A stretch of DNA of 64,000 nt from Candidatus Hermodarchaeota archaeon. GTDB lineage: Archaea > Asgardarchaeota > Hermodarchaeia > Hermodarchaeales > Hermodarchaeaceae. This document shows positions 31,898 to 42,233 of the stretch, in pieces. The stretch is from assembly GCA_016839805.1 (NCBI GenBank), contig JAEOTO010000022.1, positions 38,881 through 102,880 of the forward strand, given 5' to 3'. Every line of letters starts with the position of its first letter. The first letter of the stretch is position 1. The notes below the pieces were generated by a model. It was not told the DNA's origin, made no database searches, and saw only the letters and a list, made by a program, of their open reading frames with translations. Both the position numbers and the translations under genes were made by a program.

Positions 31898-32284
31898 TCA
31901 GGGTTCAGCAAGTTCTGCAACGGCTTTTCTTGCAAAATCCCAAAACAGCTTTTCAAATGCCATAAATTGATCCTGCCTATCCGCGGCTTTCTTGATTTCT
32001 AAACCTGCGATGGTGCCAATAAATAAGGCGCCTAATCGTGTTGCTGCCCCAACTGAATTCGGTTTAATTGGCTGCATTTCAATCGTGAATTCGTTTGGCT
32101 GACCCTCCACAGCAACAACTACGGGAACACGTTTGTCTCTTGGTTTGATCGGTCGTCCCACTACGTAGAATCCTTCTTTGGTGGGGTGGCGTGAACTTTG
32201 GTATTTTTGTTCAGAAAAAAATTGTTCTACTGCATCACAAAACGTTGAAAGCTTGATGTTCTTACCGATGGCTGGCAGACGCAT
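31898..32284 (-). CDS. hypothetical protein
   Basis: 128 aa ORF, ATG preceded by GGTGA; no recognised motif. Confidence 0.6.
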   Translation of the reverse strand: MRLPAIGKNIKLSTFCDAVEQFFSEQKYQSSRHPTKEGFYVVGRPIKPRDKRVPVVVAVEGQPNEFTIEMQPIKPNSVGAATRLGALFIGTIAGLEIKKAADRQDQFMAFEKLFWDFARKAVAELAEP

Positions 32285-32475
32285 TAAATTTCACCGCTCT
32301 TGGATTCCTTGCACCAGTGTTATAAGCGTCACGATAGGGGACATTACCCCTTTTCTTGAGTTCTGTAAAAAATTCAGTTTCATTTCTTTCTCTTCGTCTT
32401 AGAGGTTGGAGAACAAATTTAGGGGTTTGAAAGTAATCCATTGTAGATGACGAATTGTAGTATGCAGGGATTGTA

Positions 32476-33708
32476 ATGAAGTATGAAGATTTCTATAATC
32501 CAAAGTACAAACCGGCTCCTACGGATATAATTTGTACATTTCGCATCGAAACCCATGACCCACAACAGAGCATGCAGTGGGCAGCAGGAGGAGTCGCTGC
32601 TGAAAGTTCCATCGGTACCTGGACCGAACTCACCACCGAGAAACCCTATATGAAAGATTTGGCAGCTACAGTTTTTGACCGCAAAGATCATATTGCTCGT
32701 ATTGCTTATCCAATTGATCTGTTCGAACCTGGTAACCTTCCTAACATTATGAGTTCGGTGGCGGGTAATGTTTTTGGTTTGGGTGACTTGAAATATTTAC
32801 GGCTCCTTGATATTCATTTTCCCAAGAAATTAGTACAAAGTTTCCCTGGTCCTGCCTTTGGCATCTCGGGTATTCGACAAACGGTAAGGGTTCCAAAGCG
32901 CCCTCTTGTGGGTACCATCATTAAACCTAAACTCGGATTACGAACCAAAGATCATGCTGCGGTTGCTTACGCCGCCTGGGTTGGCGGGTGTGATGTCGTG
33001 AAAGATGATGAGAACCTTGCCAGCCAAGTCTTTAACCCATTTGAAGACCGGGTTCTTACCACACTTGAACAGCGGGATCGAGCTGAAGAGGAAACTGGTA
33101 ATCAGAAGGTCTATCTCATTAATGTCACTGCTGAAACTAAGGAAATGCTTCGTCGAGCTGAATTTATTGAAGATCATGGTGGTCGAGTTGCCATGATTGA
33201 TATCCTTACCTGTGGCTTCTCCGCCGTGGCTACTCTACGCAAACAAGGGTTTAAGCTGATTTTACACGGACATCGAGCTATGCACGCAGCGTTCACAAAA
33301 CTTCCTGAACATGGCATTGCCATGCCCGTGATTGCCATGGCTTCTCGGTTACTTGGAATCGATCAACTTCACGTCGGTACTGCTGTGGGCAAAATGTCTG
33401 AAGAACGAGAGGAAGTCGAAACCAATATCCACAAGTGTACTCAGCCGCTTTATGGAATTAACCCGACGCTTCCTGTAGCATCTGGTGGTTTACACCCACG
33501 CCTGGTTCCTGCCCTCATAGATATCTTTGGGACCGATTTTGTTATTCAAGCAGGGGGTGGAATCCATGGACATCCAAGAGGAACTAGAATTGGAGCGCAA
33601 GCAATGCGCCAAGCAGTGGATGCAACTCTTGGTGGACAGTCCCTCGAAGAATATGCAAAATCGCATAAACCACTAGCTGAGGCTCTTCAACATTGGCCAC
33701 CAAGTTAG
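32476..33708 (+). CDS. rbcL: RuBisCO large subunit, archaeal form III
   Basis: AAESSIGTWT, GNVFG, GTIIKPKLGL, VKDDENL (carbamylated Lys motif intact), HGHRAMH, GKM, SGGLHP, GGGIHGHP; 410 aa, no rbcS. Confidence 0.95.
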   Translation: MKYEDFYNPKYKPAPTDIICTFRIETHDPQQSMQWAAGGVAAESSIGTWTELTTEKPYMKDLAATVFDRKDHIARIAYPIDLFEPGNLPNIMSSVAGNVFGLGDLKYLRLLDIHFPKKLVQSFPGPAFGISGIRQTVRVPKRPLVGTIIKPKLGLRTKDHAAVAYAAWVGGCDVVKDDENLASQVFNPFEDRVLTTLEQRDRAEEETGNQKVYLINVTAETKEMLRRAEFIEDHGGRVAMIDILTCGFSAVATLRKQGFKLILHGHRAMHAAFTKLPEHGIAMPVIAMASRLLGIDQLHVGTAVGKMSEEREEVETNIHKCTQPLYGINPTLPVASGGLHPRLVPALIDIFGTDFVIQAGGGIHGHPRGTRIGAQAMRQAVDATLGGQSLEEYAKSHKPLAEALQHWPPS

Positions 33709-33811
33709 AACAATCGGAGAATCAGTTGCTCCCTCTTTCATTTCACTTTGTGTATGGGGTCCCTCAGCTTTATCAGATTCAAATCAGTCAACTGAGTTTA
33801 GTGTATAGAAC

Positions 33812-34972
33812 ATGAAGCGATCGGGGGTAGCAGATCTATACTTACATCCTGGAAGAGCACCGCGTTGGTTACTGAAGCGAATGACGGCTATGGCCGATGC
33901 CCTCTTTCAGGTTATGGTTGATGAACATGGTCCTCATGAATGCCTGAGACGAATTGGTGATCCCCTCTGGTTCCAGGCATTAAGTAATGTTTTAGGTTTT
34001 GATTGGGACTCATCTGGCACCACTACAGTCCTCTGCGGAGTGCTACAATCAATTCTTCAACCAGACCTTCATGGACTAATCGCTATCGGGGGGAAAGGGG
34101 CTCGAAGTCGTCAAGTTCCAGCCAAACTTGTATCTCTCTCCAACGAATTAGATGTTAGTGAAAAACAATGCCACGATTGGGTCTATGCTAGCCGGATGAC
34201 TGCTAAGGTGGACTCAGCAGCCCTCCAGGACGGTTATAACTTATATCATCATATGTTCTTTCTCGAACCAGAGAATGGGATTTGGACCGTTGTTCAACAG
34301 GGAATGGATCCTGGCACTAAGACCTCTCGTCGTTATCACTGGCTTTCTGAAGACCTGAACTCCTTTGTAGAAGAACCACACTCCGGATTAATCTCTGGGA
34401 AAGCACAGAAACAAGTCTTAGATCTTACTGCGCATGAAAGCCGTGAATGCCGTGAAATCTGTACGGAAATTGCGAATGAAGAGCGACCTGAACAGGTCCG
34501 GCGTCAGTTCTTCCAGCTCAAACCTCCACCACCCTATCATGAGGCTACCCTTCTCAATTGGTCAACTACATCAGATGTAGATCCAAGTCAACGAAGCTTG
34601 ATTGCGTATCATCGAGTCTTACCTAAGCAAATGGATTGGAGCGCAGTCAAACGGGTCTATGACATTCAACCAAAAAATTTTGAAGAACTTCTTGCCATTC
34701 GAGGAGTCGGTGCTAACACACTTCGTGGTCTGGCATTATTGAGTGAGATGGTCTATGGAAAACCGCCAAGCTGGGAAGATCCAGTACGAATGACATTTGC
34801 ATTTGGTGGCAAGGATGGTATTCCCTTTCCTGTCAATCGCTCGACCTATGATGAGGCTATCAGGTTTCTTGAAAATGCAGTTGATCGCGCTAAGCTGGAT
34901 CAGAAGGAAAAACTTCAGGCATTTCGTCAACTACGTAAATGCTTGGCTCATCCTTTAGTAGCAGTCTCGTGA
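33812..34972 (+). CDS. DUF763 family protein
   Basis: ADLYLHPGRAPRWL, GFDWDSSG, SRMTAKVD.A.QDGY.LYHH, FAFGGKDG.PFPV. Confidence 0.9.
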   Translation: MKRSGVADLYLHPGRAPRWLLKRMTAMADALFQVMVDEHGPHECLRRIGDPLWFQALSNVLGFDWDSSGTTTVLCGVLQSILQPDLHGLIAIGGKGARSRQVPAKLVSLSNELDVSEKQCHDWVYASRMTAKVDSAALQDGYNLYHHMFFLEPENGIWTVVQQGMDPGTKTSRRYHWLSEDLNSFVEEPHSGLISGKAQKQVLDLTAHESRECREICTEIANEERPEQVRRQFFQLKPPPPYHEATLLNWSTTSDVDPSQRSLIAYHRVLPKQMDWSAVKRVYDIQPKNFEELLAIRGVGANTLRGLALLSEMVYGKPPSWEDPVRMTFAFGGKDGIPFPVNRSTYDEAIRFLENAVDRAKLDQKEKLQAFRQLRKCLAHPLVAVS

Positions 34973-34978
34973 TGTTCT

Positions 34979-36289
34979 CTATTCCAGTTTCAGTGGTTTG
35001 GCAAAGGCTTGCATATCGAGAAATCCATGACCGGACACATTGAAGGCAATTACTGCATCCTCGCCTTGATCCTTAAATTCTAAAGCCTTATCAATGGCTG
35101 CCGCTACACCATAGGAGGATTCTGGAGCTGGAATGAAGCCTTCGGCTTGTACAAAACGCCGAGCCTGTGTGTACACGTGAACTTCATCCACAGGATAGGA
35201 AACTGCATCCAACATGCCTAACTTTCGTACGGCACTCATGATGGGTGCAGCAGCTGAATAGCGGATACCCTCTGCCCAGATCTCGGGCATCTCAACATCA
35301 TGTCCTAATGTGTACATCTTCAAAAGAGGAGTGAGTCCTGCATGATCGCCGTGATCGTACATGTATTTTCCCTTGACAAGATTCGGGGCGGCTTCACTTT
35401 GAGCGGCAAGAAAGTTACATTTTCGTTTGCCCTGTAGAACTTCACCAATGAAGGGCAAACTAAATCCACCAAAGTTGCTTCCTCCGCCAAAACAGCCAAT
35501 CAAAAGGGTCGGATTATCTTCTGCAATCTTGAACTGTTCAATCGTTTCTAAACCAATAATTGTCTGGTGTAGTAACACATGGCTGAGCACACTGCCCAAA
35601 CAGTAAATACTCCCATCACGATTCAAGGCATCTTCAATCCCTTCACTAATCGCAATTCCGAGGCTGCCTACATGTTGGGGATTCTGTTTCAAGAGTTCGC
35701 GCCCAAATTTCGTTTCTTTGCTAGGGGATGCAAAAACGTTTGCCCCAAAGAGGTTCATCAGAGTTCGCCGTCCCGGTTTCCATCGGTATGCTGCTCGAAC
35801 CCAAAATACACGACATTTCAAGTCATTCAACGAGGCAGCATAAGAGAGGGCAGATCCCCATTGTCCTGCACCAGTCTCCGTAGTGACCTCCTCGTATCCC
35901 TCTTTTGCAGCATAATATGTCTGTGCCAGGGCAGTATTGACTTTATGAGAACCAGTTGGGGAGAGGTCTTCGCGTTTATAATACAATCGAACATTCTTGG
36001 GTAACTTCAAGGCCTTCTCCAGTCGCAGCGCCCGCATTAACGGACGCGGTCGACCTGCCTGAATGTACAGCTCACGAATACCATCCGGGATATCAATCCA
36101 ACGTTCGGTGGAATTCTCCTGGCCTAACACCGTTTTCAACAAAAACTTGGGTAACATCTCCAATCGTGACGGACCCTCTTTCGGATCCATGGGAGGCGGT
36201 AGGGGCTCCGGTAAATCCGCAGCAAGATTGTACCAACGTCGTGGTAACTCATCAACGGGTAAATTAAATTGATTAATCGTTTCGGGCAT
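34979..36289 (-). CDS. trpB: TrpB2-type tryptophan synthase beta chain-like PLP enzyme
   Basis: PTGSHK (PLP Lys), TETGAGQWG, GGGSN, PAPESS, SGHG; likely start ATG at 36289. Confidence 0.9.
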   Translation of the reverse strand: MPETINQFNLPVDELPRRWYNLAADLPEPLPPPMDPKEGPSRLEMLPKFLLKTVLGQENSTERWIDIPDGIRELYIQAGRPRPLMRALRLEKALKLPKNVRLYYKREDLSPTGSHKVNTALAQTYYAAKEGYEEVTTETGAGQWGSALSYAASLNDLKCRVFWVRAAYRWKPGRRTLMNLFGANVFASPSKETKFGRELLKQNPQHVGSLGIAISEGIEDALNRDGSIYCLGSVLSHVLLHQTIIGLETIEQFKIAEDNPTLLIGCFGGGSNFGGFSLPFIGEVLQGKRKCNFLAAQSEAAPNLVKGKYMYDHGDHAGLTPLLKMYTLGHDVEMPEIWAEGIRYSAAAPIMSAVRKLGMLDAVSYPVDEVHVYTQARRFVQAEGFIPAPESSYGVAAAIDKALEFKDQGEDAVIAFNVSGHGFLDMQAFAKPLKLE

Positions 36290-36475
36290 AACCAACGCCT
36301 TCACAAGTTCATTCGAAGTAATCTCGACTACTGCACCGTCACTCCAAAAAAGGATTGTCAAGCCATGAGATTTTTACAATAACCCCAAACTTCACCCTAC
36401 CCCTAGAATTCTACGCGAAGCACTTAAAGGCATGTCTGCAAGTGGTAAACTAGGAACCCAGAGGGTGACAACTGA

Positions 36476-37024
36476 ATGGAAGAACTCGCAGAAGTCGTCT
36501 ACAAAGTCATAGTTGTCGGCGACGCAGGCGTGGGTAAAACCTCCCTCGCTCGTCGTTATACCACCGGACAATTCGATGAAAGCTACCTCTTCACACTAGG
36601 CGTCGATTTTTTCACTAAACAAGTAGAAATCAAAGGCAACCGCGTTAAATTAGTATTATACGACACCGGTGGTCAAGAACGGTTTGATTTCATCCGTGGA
36701 TTATATTTCGAGGGTGCAGCTGGGGCAGTGATTGCCTACGATATCACCGATCAGCGCTCTTTTGACCGTATTGACCATTGGGTCCAACAGGTATACCAGC
36801 GGTGTGAAGGGATTCCCCTGTTATTAGTTGCGTGCAAGACGGATTTGAAAGATCAACGCGTAGTTTCAAAGAAAGAAGGAGAAGAAATCGCAAAACAAAT
36901 GAAAATGGATTTCATGGAGAGCAGTGCTAAGGAGGACGTTCACGTAAGCGATGTCTTTGAAACCCTAGCCAAAACCATCTTAGAATCCTTTGAAAAACCC
37001 GGGAAACCCTGGGATAAAATCTAG
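36476..37024 (+). CDS. Rab-like small GTPase
   Basis: G1 GDAGVGKT, TLGVDF, G3 YDTGGQERF, G4 variant CKTD, G5 ESSAK; no C-terminal prenylation Cys. Confidence 0.95.
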   Translation: MEELAEVVYKVIVVGDAGVGKTSLARRYTTGQFDESYLFTLGVDFFTKQVEIKGNRVKLVLYDTGGQERFDFIRGLYFEGAAGAVIAYDITDQRSFDRIDHWVQQVYQRCEGIPLLLVACKTDLKDQRVVSKKEGEEIAKQMKMDFMESSAKEDVHVSDVFETLAKTILESFEKPGKPWDKI

Positions 37025-37029
37025 TAAGT

Positions 37030-37944
37030 TCAATTCGAGTTTGATTTTTCAGCGTCGGATTCTTCTACTTTTTTGATGAGTGATTCCGCGATGGGTCGAT
37101 TCAGGACGAGTCGATCCATGTTTCGGTATGCAGCCTCATCGGGTTGGAATTGAGAACCACATTCTGTGCAAAGAAGCGTGACGACGGGTTCGCTAGTGGT
37201 GTGTTGGCAGGTAAGACAGGAATAGAAGAGTTCCATTGGTTTTTTGGAAGTACTTGCTTCTTCTTTTTGCGTCTCCTGTGAAGCGGGAAATCGTACCACA
37301 TCAAGAGCAGTGACGCTGCATTTGGGGCAGGCAAGACGGCTCACCACTTTAAATCCCAGACAAATTGGACAGTGGGTAACTCCGATGACAGGTTCGCTCG
37401 TGAAAATCCCTGCAAGGGTAAGCTTCTCAAGGAAGAGTCGGGTGTCATAGCTGTTAAGTCCTGTGAGATGGTCAGCAACCGGATACGTAGTGCCAATTTC
37501 GAAGTTGAAGTGGGGATCGAAAAAATGGATTCCCAACTTCATCATTTCTTTGAGGAAATCCGTGGTTCTTTGAGAGGTGAGTAGGTCCGCAACGGGTGAA
37601 CTTTGGATTTCGGTGAGAAGTTCGTGGTACAGATTCTTCCATTCTTCCACTTTAGGGTTATCACTTAACTTACTTGCGTGTAAAATCCGTTTCATGGGTT
37701 CACGTAATGGACCAATCGGTTCATCTGGTCCTAAAAGGAGGGCAACAATCCAAGGAGGAAACACATAGGTAGCCCAGGTTCTGTTACTGACGTGGACACC
37801 ACGAAATCCCTCACGAAACAAGTTATGTGTCGCAAAAATTGCAAGGACTTCTTGGTGGCTAATCTCGCGAATGGTGTCACTGCGGTAGATATGTTGAGGT
37901 CCAATTTTGGGGTCCATGCGGAAGACTGCGAATCCTTTTATCAC
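37030..37944 (-). CDS. putative uDENN/longin-like N-terminal domain fused to TackOD1-like multi-CxxC zinc domain
   Basis: N-terminal hhhF.MDPKIGP motif; C-terminal YP...LEKL..AGIF, CPIC, CPKC, CLTC, CTEC. Confidence 0.55.
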   Translation of the reverse strand: MIKGFAVFRMDPKIGPQHIYRSDTIREISHQEVLAIFATHNLFREGFRGVHVSNRTWATYVFPPWIVALLLGPDEPIGPLREPMKRILHASKLSDNPKVEEWKNLYHELLTEIQSSPVADLLTSQRTTDFLKEMMKLGIHFFDPHFNFEIGTTYPVADHLTGLNSYDTRLFLEKLTLAGIFTSEPVIGVTHCPICLGFKVVSRLACPKCSVTALDVVRFPASQETQKEEASTSKKPMELFYSCLTCQHTTSEPVVTLLCTECGSQFQPDEAAYRNMDRLVLNRPIAESLIKKVEESDAEKSNSN

Positions 37945-38122
37945 GATCAGTATTCCCCTGTACCGTAAACTCCTTTCCTAGACACTTGTACTAGAACTAA
38001 TAAAGAGTCTTTCGTCCTAAGACACTTCAAGGGAAGAATTCCAATTTTTCAATATTTCAAGTATTCGACCTTCAAGCCGCACACTTAAATCATTTACAAT
38101 TGTTCCTTACACGCAACTTGAC

Positions 38123-39427
38123 TTGAAAGAGGAAACCACTATGCCATTCGACCTTACACCACTTTCTGGAACTGATGATCTCTTCGTGCCCAATTATCAG
38201 CAGAATATCTACCGCGTATTGCCAACTGCCTTACGTTGCCTGGGTGTCAGGATTGCCCGAGATGACCTCTTCGATCAACCCAATGTAGTAAAGCATCTCA
38301 AACAGAACAAGGCCCTAGATGCAGAAAGGGTTCTTGTCTGCATTGTAGACAGCTTAGGCGCTCAAAATATGCTCGGAACCAGAATAGGGACCTTCCTGCG
38401 TGACTTGGATTTTCTGACGCTGAGTAGTACTTTTCCAACGATTACATCAGCTGCCATACCCAGTATTACCTTTGGGGTTCCTCCCACCACTCATGGAATC
38501 TTTGGTCATGTCGTCTATTTCCAAGAATATGGGTCACTAATAGACACTCTGAAGATGTCGGGGTACAAACTCCGATATAGAGATGCAATTCCTCATGCCG
38601 GTATCGATGTACGAGCACTCCTCTGGACTGAAGGAATATCGACAATCCTACAACAAACACATCCTTCGCTTGTAGTCGCTGAAGGCTTACCTCAGGAGAT
38701 CCCAGGGACTGGCCTTGGGCGGTTTTATGTTCGAAGAGAGAATGTGATCTCCTTCAATGGTTTCATTGACGCCTTTGGAATAGTGCGGCGAGTCTTTGAC
38801 CACTTTCCGAGTCAACAGCTTTTTATGACCCTCTATTTCCCCCAAATTGATACACTAGCACACAAATACGGATCCAATTCTTCAGAATTCAAAGCAGGAT
38901 GCAATGCATTCCAACGGCAACTCCATGCCTTCTTAGAAAGTCTTCCTGCATCCCAAGCTAAACACACTACAATAATATTATGTGCCGATCACGGGCAAAA
39001 TCCGCTTCGAGAGGACCAGACAATTGTCTTAACTCAAGATCAACTTGCTGAAGTTAAGGGTACCCTAAAAGTTCCTCCCGGACATTCCGGTCGAGTCAAT
39101 CACTTCTATTGTCAATCTGCCAGAAAACGACGAAAACTAAAACAATGGCTCCTAGAACATGTAGAGGATCGAGCACTAATTTTCGACGAAAAAGATCTTA
39201 ATCAAGCTCAGCTTCTTCCCGTTCCAAGTTCAAAACGAATAATCCAACGACTTGGGGATCTATTACTCATCGCTCGAGATGGTGCAACACTAAGAGTCGA
39301 ACGCGAAAATGATTCAGGTGAGCCTTGGGGGCTCCTTCCTAGTCAAGGGCTGGTGGCTAATCATGGATCACTCACTGCTGACGAGCTCTTAACGCCCTTT
39401 GTCGCATTCAATGCAGCAAAGGTGTGA
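38123..39427 (+). CDS. alkaline phosphatase superfamily (nucleotide pyrophosphatase/phosphodiesterase) protein
   Basis: IVDSLG, STFPTITS (Thr nucleophile), HGIFG, IDTLAHKYG, CADHG, NHGS; likely start ATG at 38141. Confidence 0.85.
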   Translation: MKEETTMPFDLTPLSGTDDLFVPNYQQNIYRVLPTALRCLGVRIARDDLFDQPNVVKHLKQNKALDAERVLVCIVDSLGAQNMLGTRIGTFLRDLDFLTLSSTFPTITSAAIPSITFGVPPTTHGIFGHVVYFQEYGSLIDTLKMSGYKLRYRDAIPHAGIDVRALLWTEGISTILQQTHPSLVVAEGLPQEIPGTGLGRFYVRRENVISFNGFIDAFGIVRRVFDHFPSQQLFMTLYFPQIDTLAHKYGSNSSEFKAGCNAFQRQLHAFLESLPASQAKHTTIILCADHGQNPLREDQTIVLTQDQLAEVKGTLKVPPGHSGRVNHFYCQSARKRRKLKQWLLEHVEDRALIFDEKDLNQAQLLPVPSSKRIIQRLGDLLLIARDGATLRVERENDSGEPWGLLPSQGLVANHGSLTADELLTPFVAFNAAKV

Positions 39428-39842
39428 TATAAATGTGAAAATTAATCATTATTTCCTCGAACATGTCATTGAGTGATTCAATGTTCTTGGAAAGTTTTTC
39501 TCGACGTTTATCGATAGCTTGCATTCCTCGTAAACCATGGTAAAATAGGTAAATACCAACAATCATTAAGAAAATAAGAGATATGACGACCACGATATAC
39601 AAATACAATAGCGTCGCCGGGTTCCAAAGGCTCGATGTAGTAATCAAGACTGTGAAGATGGATAGGCTAATCGCTACAACTGAGATTCCCGTTCGCAATT
39701 CAGCAAGTTTGCTTCGTCGAATCGCCTCAAGCGTTCGTATTGTGGCCAACGCTGTTCGCATTCTAGCCGACTCATCTCGGTAATTCCATTCTTCAGTTTC
39801 AGCACTCATCCTTTTCCAACTCATGACGCAGTCTCCATACAA
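39408..39842 (-). CDS. hypothetical 2-TM membrane protein (DUF202-like)
   Basis: R+.LA..RT motifs followed by two hydrophobic helices. Confidence 0.55.
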   Translation of the reverse strand: MYGDCVMSWKRMSAETEEWNYRDESARMRTALATIRTLEAIRRSKLAELRTGISVVAISLSIFTVLITTSSLWNPATLLYLYIVVVISLIFLMIVGIYLFYHGLRGMQAIDKRREKLSKNIESLNDMFEEIMINFHIYITPLLH

Positions 39843-40065
39843 TGTTTGTTTCCAAAAAAGTTCTTCGCAAGGTCGGTAAACCTAGATCTAGTGATCAAGA
39901 ACCTTTACGAAGTTAATTCCTTTTTATAATCTCATAGGACACCGAGCCTGGAACAAATCGCGTCTTCATAAAATGCATGGCGAAAGATTGAGCATAAAAT
40001 TCAGCTGCCCTAACGGTATCCCACTCATATATTCCTTGGTTCAATCCTTTAGTGACTTATCCATT

Positions 40066-40893
40066 TTAGGTGTAGTGTTCGTCAAAGCTGCCAAACCTGT
40101 AGCCACGGAGATCAACCGTAATAAATTCATAGCCAATCGCGGTGAGTTGTTCAACGATTTGTTGCGCAACTTCACCCCTCAGGATTTGAGGAATATATTC
40201 AGAGGATACTTCAATACGAGCAAGTGTTCCATGATCTCGCACTCGTAACATGCCAATATCAATAATATCGTGAATGGCTTTTTCTGCTGCAGCAATACGG
40301 GAAAGGCGATCCTCAGTCAGGGGCTCATCATAGGGGATCCGCGTAGCCAGACAACTATTTGACGGTTTATCCGCCACAGGAAGCCCTAACTCACGGGCTA
40401 GCTGCCTTGCTTCAGACTTGTTTATCCCCGCTTCACGCAAAGGACTAATGATTCCTAATTCCTTGATAGCTTGTAGTCCAGGTCGAAATTCGCCCTCATC
40501 GCTTTTCGTTGAACCATCCACAACTGATTCGATACCAAGTTTGAGAGCAATCACTCGTGCTTGACGAAATCGGTGCAGCTTACAATGATAACACCTTTCC
40601 ATCGAATTCTTAACAATGGATTCAACTTTGAGTTCATCAATAGGTTGCACCTGATGTCGTATACCAATGTTCTTTGCAACCGAACGAGCGTCATCAATCT
40701 CTTCAGATACAATTAATGGCGAATCAAAGGTCACAGCTAGAGCTTTATCCTTCAGTGCTTCAAATGCCAGGGCGGCAACAACAGCACTATCGACGCCACC
40801 CGACAACGCCACCACTACACTCTCAAGCTCTTGAAAGCGAGTAATGACACTCTCCCGTTTTTCACTGAGGCTAGACAAACCCTTTTGTGACAT
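40066..40893 (-). CDS. larE: ATP-dependent sacrificial sulfur transferase LarE
   Basis: PP-loop ALSGGVDS, RCYHCK, RPGL.A, SCLATRIPY, RVRDHG.LARIE. Confidence 0.92.
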   Translation of the reverse strand: MSQKGLSSLSEKRESVITRFQELESVVVALSGGVDSAVVAALAFEALKDKALAVTFDSPLIVSEEIDDARSVAKNIGIRHQVQPIDELKVESIVKNSMERCYHCKLHRFRQARVIALKLGIESVVDGSTKSDEGEFRPGLQAIKELGIISPLREAGINKSEARQLARELGLPVADKPSNSCLATRIPYDEPLTEDRLSRIAAAEKAIHDIIDIGMLRVRDHGTLARIEVSSEYIPQILRGEVAQQIVEQLTAIGYEFITVDLRGYRFGSFDEHYT

Positions 40894-40898
40894 TGTCT

Positions 40899-42167
40899 CT
40901 ATTTTCCTTTTTTACTGAATTTTTGGCGAGTGATCGATTCTGCTTCTTGAGCGATCTGAGCTAATGATTTACCAGTCTTTTCTGCAGCTTTTTTCACATC
41001 TTCGTATTCAGCCTTAACCTGGAGTATAGCCCCTGTTCGGTCAGTGGCTATTTTCACGCTCACAGTCACTTCTTGGTTGTCAACTTTAATTCGCACGTCC
41101 TGCATTTCCCTGGCGAGGAGGTGACGATCACTTCGGAACACCCGAACACCGAGGCTTCCCGTTTCGGCGAGAAGAAGATGTGTGAGAGTCTCTTCTTTCT
41201 CAGGTGGAGCAATAACCGAAATCAGATGCCCAGGACGATTCTTTTTTGTAACTGTTGGCAGAATTGTGACATCTTTTGCGCCCGTTTGCATTAATCGATT
41301 AATTAAGTAACCAAGAGTTTCCCCAGAAACATCATCGACATTAGTTTCGAGAATAATAACTTGATCCCGATAGAATCGGAGTTCTGGAAGAGATTCGCCT
41401 AGTACAAGTCGAAGAAGGTTGGGGATTTCAGGTAATTCTCCGGTTCCTCCGCCATACCCTACAGCAAATGGGCGCATGGTAGGATATACAGGTACTGTTC
41501 TTGGGTTTAAAGCCGTAAGAAGAGATGCCCCTGTAGGTGTAGTTAATTCCCGTTGAAGCGGACCTCCCTTGAAAACTAGCTTTGCGTTTGTCAAGATATG
41601 CGTGACCGCTGGACCTGGTGCGGCAAGCTGTCCATGCCCGCTAGGAAAGGTTCCTCCACCCACAGCAATTGGCAATACAAAATACTTAGTTGTCTTCGGA
41701 TTCACAATTTCGAGGTTTTCTAATGCGATAGCTGCTCCGATGACATCCATAACAGTATCGACAGATCCAGCGCCATGAAGATGAACGGTTTCAGGTGGAT
41801 GACGATGAACAGACGCTTCAGCATCTACTAGATGGCGAATCGCTCGATTGGCATATGCACTTGCTTCACGTGAGAGTTTAAGGTCTTTAGCCATCGCTTG
41901 GACTGCGTCAAGTAAGAGCTTTCCTGGACGAGTTTTGTAAGTTTCATCTATTTGAATCTCCAAGAATAATCCACCGATGTGGCTCCGGGTAACTTGTCGT
42001 GGAGTAACCTTCACCCATTTGCAATCTGGGACATATTGGGATGCTTTTTCCATGGCTGCAATTACTTTCTCGGTATCTGCGCCAAGGTCGAGGAGGGCTG
42101 CAACAAACATATCACCAGCAATACCCGCCATCTGCGGATCTATCACAAGGATTTTCTTACTTGCCAT
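40899..42167 (-). CDS. larC: nickel-pincer cofactor nickel insertase LarC
   Basis: GIAGDMFVAALLDLG, EA.VH, ELTTPTGA, LETNVDD, KKNRPG, ETGSLGVR, EYED; likely start ATG at 42167. Confidence 0.92.
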   Translation of the reverse strand: MASKKILVIDPQMAGIAGDMFVAALLDLGADTEKVIAAMEKASQYVPDCKWVKVTPRQVTRSHIGGLFLEIQIDETYKTRPGKLLLDAVQAMAKDLKLSREASAYANRAIRHLVDAEASVHRHPPETVHLHGAGSVDTVMDVIGAAIALENLEIVNPKTTKYFVLPIAVGGGTFPSGHGQLAAPGPAVTHILTNAKLVFKGGPLQRELTTPTGASLLTALNPRTVPVYPTMRPFAVGYGGGTGELPEIPNLLRLVLGESLPELRFYRDQVIILETNVDDVSGETLGYLINRLMQTGAKDVTILPTVTKKNRPGHLISVIAPPEKEETLTHLLLAETGSLGVRVFRSDRHLLAREMQDVRIKVDNQEVTVSVKIATDRTGAILQVKAEYEDVKKAAEKTGKSLAQIAQEAESITRQKFSKKGK

Positions 42168-42233
42168 AAACAATCCCACCAGATTTGACAAATCTTCATC
42201 TTTTAATATGCTTGGTATATCTATCTCCAACGG

